The translations under genes and the position numbers were made by a program. From an uncultured Dehalococcoidales bacterium (GTDB lineage: Bacteria > Chloroflexota > Dehalococcoidia > GIF9 > AB-539-J10), in assembly GCA_964435965.1 (NCBI GenBank), contig CAYTBB010000003.1, forward strand, positions 1 to 58,410: DNA of 58,410 nt, written 5' to 3'. Under the pieces are notes generated by a model. That model saw only the letters and a program-made list of their open reading frames with translations, made no database searches and was not told where the DNA came from. Shown here piece after piece: positions 20,752-29,992 of this stretch; within the stretch, counting starts at the first letter, position 1, and every line of letters starts with the position of its first letter.

Positions 20752-21480
20752 ATGCAACAAATAAAACTCGGAGTTCTCGTTCCAGCTACTAACTCTACGG
20801 TTGAGCCAGATATGTACAAAATGGCACCTGATAGTGTTACATTGCATTTTCAAAGGCTGGCAGCGTTTCAGAAACTTCGGGTCACTAGCCCTGATCCACT
20901 GGTAAAAATACGTTGCTTTGAGGAGGCTGGTGAAGAAGCAGTGAGCGGGGCTCAAGTGTTATCCGAGGTTGAACCTGAAGTGATTGCCTTTGCCGATACA
21001 TCTGCCTCCTTCTTTAAAGGTGTTGAATACAATGAAAACCTTATGGGAAAAATCAAGGCTGCAACAGGCATTCAGGCAATTACCACTTCAGCAGCAATGG
21101 TCGAAGCACTAAGAGAACTTAAACTACAAAGAATTTGTTTTATCACTCCCTATATTGATTATTTGGTTGAGAAAGGCAAGGAGTTCCTGGAAGCAAGCGG
21201 ATTTGAGGTCCCAATTTGCAAGACCCTGAGTCCCATTACTCATCAACAAGGGGCCAGAGCTTACGATTATGAACAAGTAATAAATGCCTACGACAAGAGC
21301 TGTGATGGCATCTTTTGTAGTTGCACAGATTACAAAGTAATTGAGATTATAGAAAGCGTTGAAAGATATCTAGCGAAACCCATGATTTCGTCCAATCAAG
21401 CTACCATGTGGTTAATGCTCAGGCTTGCTGAGGTTAGAAAACCAATCGCCGGATTTGGCGAACTGATGAAACACCTATAA
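20752..21480 (+). CDS. Maleate isomerase / Asp-Glu racemase / arylmalonate decarboxylase family protein
   Basis: GVLVPATNSTVE, ITPY, FCSCT, PMISSNQATMW; AGGAGG RBS. Confidence 0.9.
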   Translation: MQQIKLGVLVPATNSTVEPDMYKMAPDSVTLHFQRLAAFQKLRVTSPDPLVKIRCFEEAGEEAVSGAQVLSEVEPEVIAFADTSASFFKGVEYNENLMGKIKAATGIQAITTSAAMVEALRELKLQRICFITPYIDYLVEKGKEFLEASGFEVPICKTLSPITHQQGARAYDYEQVINAYDKSCDGIFCSCTDYKVIEIIESVERYLAKPMISSNQATMWLMLRLAEVRKPIAGFGELMKHL

Positions 21481-21719
21481 CCTAAACTCACGGCAGATGA
21501 AAGCACTCTACCCTGTTGTTATGACCCTTCCGACCCTTGGAAATCCTGGCTAGATGAGCTCCTAAAGGGTAATTTATGACATGTCCATAACCGGCGCTCC
21601 TTCCTTGCGTTTCGCTAAAGCTTCTTAATAGAAGTAACTTTAGCTCTCTTCAACCGTCCCTCTAATGGATTATGACCCTGGTAACGATTTCTTGGTCAGC
21701 GCACAAATTTCTCTGGCAT

Positions 21720-21803
21720 TTCCATGGTAGAGTAGACAACTCTCGCATTTGCTCCCTCGGCCTTCGCCTGCTGTAAACTGAAATAAGTGCCAGGCATCTA
21801 CAT
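21720..21803 (-). pseudogene. Short hypD-like fragment
   Basis: Reads M*MPGTYFSLQQAKAEGANARVVYSTME, resembling the HypD MRVPGS..SL..AKA.GADVRIVYS segment. Confidence 0.6.
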
Positions 21804-21906
21804 CCCGCCATCATAATATAGGAATTCATAATAGCACCATTATAGCGATACCTCGTGAATTCTGTGTCGCCTACCTATCTGATCGCGATCGAAGGGAAAA
21901 CAGCGT

Positions 21907-22125
21907 TTACATGGATTCGAGCGGTATGTGAACTATTTTCGCCCAAGGAATGACCCGTATAGCATTCCATGGGCATACAACCTCACAGACAAAGCAGCAA
22001 GTGCAGTCCTGTGGGTAGGCTGGGTAAGCCTTTCCGTGCTTCATCCTTATGGCGTCGGATGGGCATGCCCTTACGCATGCTCCACAGCCATCACATCTAT
22101 AAGGATCTATGGATTTTATGGGCAT
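21907..22125 (-). CDS. 2x[4Fe-4S] ferredoxin, AprB-like
   Basis: CDGCGACVRACP and CTCCFVCEVVCP. Confidence 0.9.
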   Translation of the reverse strand: MPIKSIDPYRCDGCGACVRACPSDAIRMKHGKAYPAYPQDCTCCFVCEVVCPWNAIRVIPWAKIVHIPLESM

Positions 22126-22129
22126 TCCA

Positions 22130-23791
22130 TCACTCTCCGGGCTTCAGTATGGGTGTAGGGATATCCTCTATCCAGAACCTTATCTCTCCATCCACCATCT
22201 TGGCAACGATCCACCTCATCCAGTTCTCATCGTCTCTTCCTGGGTAGTCTGTCCTTAGGTGAGCACCCCTGCTTTCCGTCCTCATCAGTGCCGCTTTAGC
22301 AACCAAGTACATATATTCAAGTATGTTTCGATTGCTGTTTGCCATCATCAACTCGTGTGGGTCTCTGGCCATGAGCCTAGGCAGATCCTCCTTCTTAATC
22401 CTCTCTATTACCTCAATCGTCTTGTCAAGATTCTTTTTGTTGCGCGTTCCTGGTCCTAAGCCTTGCTCAAAGATTCTCCTAATCTTCCTCCGTAGTTGAA
22501 GATATGTGACTCCGTCTTTGACCCTCAACGGATCGCATATCAACGACTTAAGCCTGTCAATCTGGTCACCATGCACCTCAGGTGCAGATACTCTCTCCGC
22601 GTATCTAGTAGCGCCGTCAGCGGCTATCCAGCCGGTGATCAACGCGCCTGTGATACCCTGAACGGATGAGTACATCCTTTCAGTTACACTTCCAGCTGCG
22701 AAAAGGCCAAGAATGTTGGTCTCCATGTTCTTGTTCACCTTCAGACCTCCGCCTTGACCACTGCCATAAAAAGATATGTGACTTAATACCAAGTCCTTTG
22801 GAATTTCATATCCTGCAGCTACCAGAGCTCTCATAGCATAGGGACACATGGCCATCAAGTCTAGGAAATCTTCTGCAGAACCCCTTACGTAGCTAGTGTA
22901 TACGCCTCTTCCTTCCTTTATTGCCTTAATGGCAGGCCAAACCGCTTTCCCTCTCACATACTTCTTGTCCTTATCTGCCAGGTACCTTATCTCCTTCCCA
23001 TCCTCATCAACGGTTTGTTGCAGTCCACGATCAAATTTTTCCATCGCTGCAACGCATACGGAGCCGTGTGCGGGTTTAACTTGGAAAGCAATCTGTTCCA
23101 TTTTCCTCATTTCGGCCCCGGCTCTGAATGCCATCCCTTGGCCATCCCCGGTTATGCTCCCATCGTATTCGGAGTATGGCACCTGGATGGTCCAATTGCC
23201 TGTGGCGAGAACCACTGCTTTCGCCTTGAAGACGTAGAATTCTCCTGATCTAACATCGAATCCAACAGCGCCCACAATGCTTCCCTTCGTTGGGTGCTTG
23301 CCATCAGAGGTCAGGAGTTCGCACGCCATTATCCTATCCATGACCTTGACACCAACACGTTGGGCCTCCGCCCTTACAGTCCCCATGAGTCCCGGCCCAC
23401 CACCCTCAAAGCAGATACTTGGAACTCCTCGAGCAACGGATCCTCTAAATCTCCCCCCTCTCTGGAGATACTTAACGCCCCACCTTTCAATGCTTTTCGA
23501 TATGATATCACGGGCTCTCCTTACTATCATATCAATCATTTCTTGATCATCTATGTACTCGCTTCTGCGTATCGCTGTCTTTATGGCCTCATCCAAGTCG
23601 ATTTCAAGCGGATAATGATTATAGTCACCCCCGATGAATACACTAGCGCCGCTACTCCCCGTCATCGCCTTGCAAGCTAATATCACATCGGCACCAAGCT
23701 CCTTCGTCCTTATCGCCGCAGTCAAACCTGCTATTCCACCGCCAATCACAAGGACATCTGTCGAAATAGTGTGCGCTAGATCATCAGTCAT
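22130..23791 (-). CDS. FAD-dependent oxidoreductase, AprA/SdhA/FrdA superfamily
   Basis: DVLVIGGGIAG, KAVVLATG, TGDG..MA.RAGA, GLFAAG, RTESRGAH.R.DYP. Confidence 0.9.
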   Translation of the reverse strand: MTDDLAHTISTDVLVIGGGIAGLTAAIRTKELGADVILACKAMTGSSGASVFIGGDYNHYPLEIDLDEAIKTAIRRSEYIDDQEMIDMIVRRARDIISKSIERWGVKYLQRGGRFRGSVARGVPSICFEGGGPGLMGTVRAEAQRVGVKVMDRIMACELLTSDGKHPTKGSIVGAVGFDVRSGEFYVFKAKAVVLATGNWTIQVPYSEYDGSITGDGQGMAFRAGAEMRKMEQIAFQVKPAHGSVCVAAMEKFDRGLQQTVDEDGKEIRYLADKDKKYVRGKAVWPAIKAIKEGRGVYTSYVRGSAEDFLDLMAMCPYAMRALVAAGYEIPKDLVLSHISFYGSGQGGGLKVNKNMETNILGLFAAGSVTERMYSSVQGITGALITGWIAADGATRYAERVSAPEVHGDQIDRLKSLICDPLRVKDGVTYLQLRRKIRRIFEQGLGPGTRNKKNLDKTIEVIERIKKEDLPRLMARDPHELMMANSNRNILEYMYLVAKAALMRTESRGAHLRTDYPGRDDENWMRWIVAKMVDGEIRFWIEDIPTPILKPGE

Positions 23792-23971
23792 TTTAAGCTC
23801 CTATGACGCTATTTCCCTTTCGCGCATATGTGGCATTTGGGCATGCTCAGAGTTGAACATGCCCCAAAGTGTCAATTACCACCATCAATAATCCACCCTT
23901 CACCACAGGACTCTAACCCACAGATTAAATGATTTTTATCATATAGTGCTCATGAGAGTCAATGTCTCCTT

Positions 23972-24120
23972 GGCTTCTTGTCAAATTATGTGGAAAGAGT
24001 TACGAGATGGTACAAACCCAAAGCGCATTTTCCTCCAGTAAGCACCGACATTCCTCAGACCATAAGACATCTACTTTAGCATCTTGATCTTAGTGTGGCA
24101 GCCTTCGGTAAAGCCATTAT
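23972..24120 (-). mobile_element. ISL3-family relic (transposase C-terminus with in-frame stop, plus terminal IR)
   Basis: Minus strand reads NGFTEGCHTKIKMLK*MSYGLRN..YWRKM. End sequence GGCTTCTTGTCAAAT at 23972. Confidence 0.8.
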
Positions 24121-24259
24121 TCATCTCATCTCTTCGCTTCGCTTCGCTTAGTTTCTTTCCGCCTATTGAAAATATTTTCCTTGGTCTCTGAACCTTTTTC
24201 TTCCAGGAAAGAACAGGCTGAAAAAGTTGGAAGGCTAATGAGGGGGATAGGAGGGATTC

Positions 24260-24369
24260 CCTCTTGAGGGAATAAAGCTTACCGCCGAATTGCCACCGCT
24301 TTCAAAAAGACAATGGAAATCCTGAAAGAGATAGACAACTTGTGTTTGAATATTGAAGGAAATCGTTAG
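24260..24369 (+). pseudogene. Degenerate copy of the 3' end of the R-M gene
   Basis: AAAAAGACAATGGAAAT...ATAGACAACTTGT matches about 18870-18985, with indels. Confidence 0.8.
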
Positions 24370-24738
24370 CATTAACGATAAAGTCGGGCGTCGGATATAG
24401 AGGAATTTCGAAAACTTGGGGAAATTTCCTTAATTCGGACTATTTTGGACTTAGCTATAAACTAACATGCTCTAGTGATAACTATTTTGGGGAGGTGCTA
24501 ATCGTTGGCCGGTAGAAAGGTTGATGGTAAGCCATTAACCAAATTGCAAATAATCGCGAATCTTTACAGGAATAACCTTATCAGAGAGTGGCGGCTATGA
24601 GACTTATCGGGGCCGAGATTTAGAAAACACGAAATAGAGCTGATAGACGAAGTTTGAGTGAGAAAATAGCAACACAATAATAACATAATAACTATATATG
24701 GCGGTGCAAAGTTTGAAAGCGGAGCTATAGTGTGCTTT

Positions 24739-25557
24739 TCAATCTCTTTTCTCGAGAATTTCATATATCTCTCTGGCTAATCTTACCTGCTCTTCTTCGT
24801 TTAAGCTGAGTCCACTTTCCAGGCGGTTGATATATTCGTTGATTTCGGTATTTTGCTCTCTTAGCTGAGCTATTTTCTCATTCTGATTTCCGATATCTGA
24901 GTCAAACTCGCCCAAGTCCAGCCCCAGGCTAAATCTGCTATCCAGAAAAGAGAGAACGAGCTTCGTTACTGCCGAGTCTTCTCCGGCAGCGAGGTAAAAT
25001 GGTATCTCGGGCCAAAGGCTTATCCCGGGGATGTCTCTCCTTTTGGCTAGCCACAGAAGGTAACTACTTATGGCTGGTGGTCCTTCCCAGGTCATATCCT
25101 CTAATCCGTAGCCTTGGAGTGTTTTTTGAAATTCTGGCTGATTGTAAACTGCCAATATTCTCCGGGGAGTAGTATGGGCAGTGAGAGAAACTGTCCCACT
25201 AACGGTATATAGCTCTTTGATATGACAATAATGTTGAGCAAAATCAAGGAGGCCGTTTAAAAAATTATACCATTCGTATTTAGGCTCCTCGCTTCTAAAA
25301 ATTAAAAGGTCGCTTTTCTGGCAAGCACAGAATTTGCTCTCTGGAACCTGGATCAAGTTATCTTTGAATGCCGCTCCTCCTAAAAGGAAAAAGCCTGAGG
25401 GCTTGATTTCAGCAATTTTCTGCCCCCCCAGTTGCTCATTCAAAAAATGGATAATCTTAAAGCTCAACTTCCCAACATCGCGAGTTTGCCAACCGACAAG
25501 CAAAGATGGATTTCGAAGCTGGGGAGACTGGTAGATCTCAAACAGAGCTTTGTCCAC
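24739..25557 (-). CDS. PAC2 (proteasome assembly chaperone) family protein
   Basis: LRNPSLLVGW, HTTPRRI, LW.EIPFYL, LGLDLGE. GTG start at 25557 after a GGGGG RBS. Confidence 0.88.
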   Translation of the reverse strand: MDKALFEIYQSPQLRNPSLLVGWQTRDVGKLSFKIIHFLNEQLGGQKIAEIKPSGFFLLGGAAFKDNLIQVPESKFCACQKSDLLIFRSEEPKYEWYNFLNGLLDFAQHYCHIKELYTVSGTVSLTAHTTPRRILAVYNQPEFQKTLQGYGLEDMTWEGPPAISSYLLWLAKRRDIPGISLWPEIPFYLAAGEDSAVTKLVLSFLDSRFSLGLDLGEFDSDIGNQNEKIAQLREQNTEINEYINRLESGLSLNEEEQVRLAREIYEILEKRD

Positions 25558-26455
25558 CCTGTTCCCCCCTTTTCTTAAAAAATTCATCGATATGTTCTTT
25601 AATCCATTTGGCATCCTCTTCAGTTATTCCTCTTGGCTTAGCTTGGGCAACAAATTTTCTTTCATCATATCGCTCCTTTATTTCTGGCGGGAATCCTTCA
25701 TAGAGCCTCTCAACAATCTCTTCTATCTGGGCAACCATCTTATCGAGAAACCCAAAATCAACCCTAATTCCCAGAATATCAGCAAAAACCTCGAGCACTG
25801 ACTTTGAGGCCTTGGGATAAGGGAAGGGAGAACCAGAAAGCCAATCTGGTATCTCCCCCATGAGACAAATACTTTCCAGTCCCCTCTTCTTAGCCACTGC
25901 CAGCAAAAGACCATTTAATCCAGTAATAACCCCTTCACCTTCTCTGCCTCCTATTTCGCTTATTAAAATTGTATTTTGATACCTTATTACCTCCTCTACT
26001 AACTTCTCAGAACTTACCACTGAAACAACTCTTGGTTTCACAGTATGGTGAATGTGTGAAACACAGGCACCCGAAGTATAAACTCTCTGGCAGCCAAACC
26101 TTTCAGCTACATCTAAAACTAGATTGGCCATCTGGTAAGCCTTTTCTCCTGTGGCATAGGTTCTCTCCCCCTCGGTTGGCTGTTTTTCTCCGAGGAAAAA
26201 TATTAAATCTTTCCTTTCCAGCCTCTGATAATAAAATTTGTTGCTGGGGAACTCTAAGCTTTCGAGCAAACCGTCCCTGATGGAGACCTTCTTGGGATAG
26301 AAAAAGTCCCAGGGTTCTATTTGTCCGAACTCTTCTGCTACTAGCACCCCCTTCAAGGTATCAGCAGCAATTAGCCCGATATTCCCAATCCCTGGCCAGC
26401 CGCAAATCAGGTCAGGTTTTTCCAGCTCAGGCTCTTTAAAAAGTCTTATTCCCAT
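25538..26455 (-). CDS. PAC2-family protein
   Basis: GWPGIGNIG, GEKQP, ITGLNGLLL, CLMGEIP, PKASKSVL. Confidence 0.92.
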   Translation of the reverse strand: MGIRLFKEPELEKPDLICGWPGIGNIGLIAADTLKGVLVAEEFGQIEPWDFFYPKKVSIRDGLLESLEFPSNKFYYQRLERKDLIFFLGEKQPTEGERTYATGEKAYQMANLVLDVAERFGCQRVYTSGACVSHIHHTVKPRVVSVVSSEKLVEEVIRYQNTILISEIGGREGEGVITGLNGLLLAVAKKRGLESICLMGEIPDWLSGSPFPYPKASKSVLEVFADILGIRVDFGFLDKMVAQIEEIVERLYEGFPPEIKERYDERKFVAQAKPRGITEEDAKWIKEHIDEFFKKRGEQGGQSSV

Positions 26456-26584
26456 CCCTTGCCTCCCTTTGGCTGCCCTTCAGAAATCTTATCATTGAAG
26501 GGCACAAACTGTATTTTAGCGCATAACACACATAGAGGTATAAAATATTACACTCCTTCTTCAAAGGATGAGAAAGAATAACAG

Positions 26585-27622
26585 ATGATAACCGTGGATG
26601 GTGGGGCAAAGTCGGGAAGCGGAACTATAGTCCGCTACTCTGTGGCCCTGGCTAGCCTGCTCGGGAAGGAGATAAAGATAGAAAATATCAGGGCGAAGAG
26701 GAAGAAACCGGGATTAAGAGCGCAACACCTCAAGGTTATCCAGGCCTGTCAGGAGATGTGCCAAGGCACAGCGAGTAATGCCGTGGTGGGCTCTAAGGAG
26801 ATTGCCTATGCTCCAAAGGAAAAGTTTAAAGGAGGGGAGTATCACTGGGATATAGGGACAGCAGGGTCAACCACAATGATGGCACAAACTCTTCTGCCTT
26901 TAGCTTGCTTTGCGGGAAAGCCTTCCAAATTCAGGCTTGAAGGCGGGCTATTCCAGGATTTTGCTCCCTCTGCTTATCATATGAAATTTGTCTTGCTTCC
27001 AATTTTGGAGCAAATGGGAATTCATGCTGAGCTTGAGATAGTTCGCCCTGGCTACGTGCCACGAGGAGGCGGGATTATAGAAATTGAAGTTGAGCCGGTA
27101 AAGAAATTGAAGCCTTTGAGCCTCACTGAACAAGGGGAGGGTCTCGGTATTAAAGGAATCGCCCTCTCCTCTCATTTGAAGGGAAGGAAAGTGAGCCATC
27201 GGATGGCAGAGGAATGCCAGAAGGTATTAGGCACTTATGGCTATAAGGCTGAAATCCGGGAAATTTACGATGAGAGTTCGCTTCAGGAGGGTGCTGCTCT
27301 GGCGATATATGCTAAGACGAGTTTAGGTAGCAGTATTGGCTCGGATAGAGCGGGAAGGCCGGGAAGAAGCTCCGAATCCATTGGAAGGTACGTAGCCCAA
27401 AGCTTTGTGGAGGATGTTAAAACTGGTGCCGCGGTTGATAGGTATATAGCAGACCAGCTCATAATCTATGCCGGCTTGGCTGATGGGATTACCAGATATT
27501 TAATTCCACGCATTACCGAACATATCGAAACGAACTTATGGTTGATTGAGGAATTTCTCGGTGCCAAAACAAAACTCAGGGGCAATCTCATAGAGATAGA
27601 AGGGATTGGCTTCAAGGGGTAA
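26585..27622 (+). CDS. rtcA: RNA 3'-terminal phosphate cyclase
   Basis: IRAKRKKPGLRAQHL, DIGTAGS, GYVPRGGG, DQLIIY, TEHIETN (catalytic His). Confidence 0.95.
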   Translation: MITVDGGAKSGSGTIVRYSVALASLLGKEIKIENIRAKRKKPGLRAQHLKVIQACQEMCQGTASNAVVGSKEIAYAPKEKFKGGEYHWDIGTAGSTTMMAQTLLPLACFAGKPSKFRLEGGLFQDFAPSAYHMKFVLLPILEQMGIHAELEIVRPGYVPRGGGIIEIEVEPVKKLKPLSLTEQGEGLGIKGIALSSHLKGRKVSHRMAEECQKVLGTYGYKAEIREIYDESSLQEGAALAIYAKTSLGSSIGSDRAGRPGRSSESIGRYVAQSFVEDVKTGAAVDRYIADQLIIYAGLADGITRYLIPRITEHIETNLWLIEEFLGAKTKLRGNLIEIEGIGFKG

Positions 27623-27733
27623 GGGTTATAGGGATGCCCGTCGAACCGGCCTTGGAGGGATATTCCCAACTCGGTCTCTTTCCCAAGACCTACATAAGGA
27701 TCTGGGATTCTGTCATTTAAGGGTATGTTGCTG

Positions 27734-27982
27734 CTACTCGTCCACCCTTTCCACTTCAATGGTGCATTCAGTGACTAGAGCAGCAATTGCTCCAAGCGCA
27801 GCCAATACTGGAGCTGCCAGGACTGCTGCCGCAGCTACAGGAACGCCTACCGTTAACGGGATATCTATCAAAGGACGGCCTTTATGCAGTAAACGAACTC
27901 TTCTGACATTCCCCTGATGTATTAGCTGCTTGACCTTCTCAACCAGTTGACTTCCGTCCACAGTGAACTTCTCCGTTGTCAT
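27734..27982 (-). CDS. DUF4342-family protein
   Basis: LVEKVKQLIHQGNVRRV...IDIPLTVG...ALVTECTIEVER. Confidence 0.9.
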   Translation of the reverse strand: MTTEKFTVDGSQLVEKVKQLIHQGNVRRVRLLHKGRPLIDIPLTVGVPVAAAAVLAAPVLAALGAIAALVTECTIEVERVDE

Positions 27983-28003
27983 TGTTCTTAACCTCCTATG
28001 ACC

Positions 28004-28255
28004 TCAATCTCCTAAAATCCTCTCGGCTAAGAAATTCTTCACTACATCCGAGACTTCCTCTTTTGAGCACCTGGCTCTCCACATCCCTTCCGGCAAGTTG
28101 AAAAGTAACCACTTCTTGCGAATTCCCTTGCCCATAATGAGAACGAAATCCCCTGTCTTAGGATCCTGGGAAATTTCTATTAGACCCTTGTTCTTCAATC
28201 CCCGCATCCGTGTTCTGTCTCGAATCCTTATTTCCTCCATTTTCATTTTTTCCAC
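28004..28255 (-). CDS. Hypothetical protein
   Basis: GAGG RBS; lies in an operon between the permease and DUF4342. Confidence 0.65.
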   Translation of the reverse strand: MEKMKMEEIRIRDRTRMRGLKNKGLIEISQDPKTGDFVLIMGKGIRKKWLLFNLPEGMWRARCSKEEVSDVVKNFLAERILGD

Positions 28256-28268
28256 CTCAGTTTGTTTT

Positions 28269-29024
28269 TTATCCTTTACTGCTCAAAACTATCCGTTCCT
28301 TGGTGACCAGGCGGGAGAGGTAAATTGTCACTAGGGCTAAGACAGCGGCAACTCCTAGGGAGATAAAGACAATGCTCCATGATGCAGAGCCAAACTTCAA
28401 AACGGGAGGGGAAAGTCCAAACATAACAGCAATTACCAGCCCTATAAGGGCAGCATTGATCCAGTGTATATTGGTGATGATAAGCTGTAGCGTTATCATC
28501 AGAGAGGCAAAGGAAAAGACGATAAGCGGCACAGCTACCAGAATTGCCACCAATGGAGCTGCACCAGGCATAATAAAGTGCCCTAACTTAGGAACTATGA
28601 AGAATTGATTTATGCCAACTATGCCACTAAAGGTGAACACCAGCCCTAAAATCACACTGGGCAAAAACACTGCCAAACTTTTTCCAAGGCAGATTTGCCT
28701 CAGGCTGAGAGGTGTGCACAGTAAAGACTCGATGGAGCGTTTCACCTTCTCCATAGTAAGAGTATAGGCGTTGGTATACATGCAGAACAGTAGCATGAGC
28801 ATAAGGGAAAGCGTGAAGGCGGTAGTGCCCACAAGAGGTTGAATAGCCGAGGCTATTTCCGCTAGCGATGTTTCTTGTTGTATTAAAGCGCCGATGTTCC
28901 TTCCAAGTCCCGCGGCTAGCGCTACCAGGACAAATATGACTATCCCCATGCTGACATAAAAAGCCTTGGTGCGCAGGGTTTCCCTCAAATCCTTTTTCAC
29001 AATCACCATTATCTTTTTCATCAT
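28269..29024 (-). CDS. ABC-2 type exporter permease
   Basis: EKVKRSIESLLCTPLS...GK motif; about six TM segments. Confidence 0.88.
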   Translation of the reverse strand: MMKKIMVIVKKDLRETLRTKAFYVSMGIVIFVLVALAAGLGRNIGALIQQETSLAEIASAIQPLVGTTAFTLSLMLMLLFCMYTNAYTLTMEKVKRSIESLLCTPLSLRQICLGKSLAVFLPSVILGLVFTFSGIVGINQFFIVPKLGHFIMPGAAPLVAILVAVPLIVFSFASLMITLQLIITNIHWINAALIGLVIAVMFGLSPPVLKFGSASWSIVFISLGVAAVLALVTIYLSRLVTKERIVLSSKG

Positions 29025-29965
29025 TCCCTTCCCTTTGTCACCTTGGCGTAAATTTCCTCCAGGGATATTTCGCCCTTTCTGACCTCCTCTACGCCTATGC
29101 TCTTCTGGGAAAGTATAGCTACTATTTCAGAGACATCGCCCCGGCCATCAAGCTGGAGACGCAGTTTTTGAGCTTCCTTGCAGCAGCTTGTCACATAAGG
29201 CAAGGCTTCAAGCTCAGCCACAAGCCCGTCGAGTAACCTGGCTTCTTCCGTAGTTGTTATCCCGGTTTCTATGATTACCTCTCTTCTGCCCATATCCCTT
29301 CTCAATTTCTCTAGCTCGCCATAGAGCTTTATTTCCCCTTGGTCTATTAGAGCAATGCGGTTGCAAATTCGCTGCACTTCATCCAGGTTGTGAGAGCTCA
29401 GGAAAATGGTCTTACCTCTCTGTGCTAAGTTAAGAATGATTTGTCTCACCTCTATCTGCCCTGTAGGGTCAACGCCAGCGGTGGGCTCATCGAAGATGAG
29501 GAGGTCAGGCTCATGAAGCATAGACCGTGCTAGCGCTAGCTTCTGCCTCATTCCCTTGGAATAAGAGGATACTTTGTCTCCTGCTCTGTCGCTTAGTTCC
29601 ACTAGCTCCAGCATTTCATCTATTCTTTTGCTTTTCAAAGCTGAGGGCATGCCATAAATCTGGCAATAGTAACCCAGATTTTCGTAAGCGGTCATATTGT
29701 CATACAGCCCATCAGCCTCGAGAACAAAGCCAACCTTTTCTCTGGCATCGTCACAGCCGACATTCTTGCCTAGAATAAATGCCTTGCCTGAATTGGGTGG
29801 AAAAAGTCCCAGGATGACCCTGATGGTAGTAGTCTTGCCTGCTCCGTTGGGTCCGAGGTAGCCAAATATATCTCCCTGCTCCACAACAAAGCTAATATTC
29901 TTGAGAATCTGACGATCCGCTAGGATTTTGGTGACATTGTCCAACGTTATTACAGCTTCAGCCAT
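29021..29965 (-). CDS. ABC exporter ATP-binding protein
   Basis: GPNGAGKTT, YSKGMRQK, DEPT, SSH. Confidence 0.95.
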   Translation of the reverse strand: MAEAVITLDNVTKILADRQILKNISFVVEQGDIFGYLGPNGAGKTTTIRVILGLFPPNSGKAFILGKNVGCDDAREKVGFVLEADGLYDNMTAYENLGYYCQIYGMPSALKSKRIDEMLELVELSDRAGDKVSSYSKGMRQKLALARSMLHEPDLLIFDEPTAGVDPTGQIEVRQIILNLAQRGKTIFLSSHNLDEVQRICNRIALIDQGEIKLYGELEKLRRDMGRREVIIETGITTTEEARLLDGLVAELEALPYVTSCCKEAQKLRLQLDGRGDVSEIVAILSQKSIGVEEVRKGEISLEEIYAKVTKGRE

Positions 29966-29992
29966 ATTGTTGATCTTTTCTCAGCGGTTTTT

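Noticed and set aside
22130-23791. Calling the flavoprotein aprA, sdhA or nadB
   Set aside because: Only superfamily motifs are visible. Partner genes and diagnostic residues cannot be confirmed.
24739-26455. Proteasome operon
   Set aside because: No proteasome subunit, ATPase or pup genes in the window. A PAC2 fold alone does not establish this.
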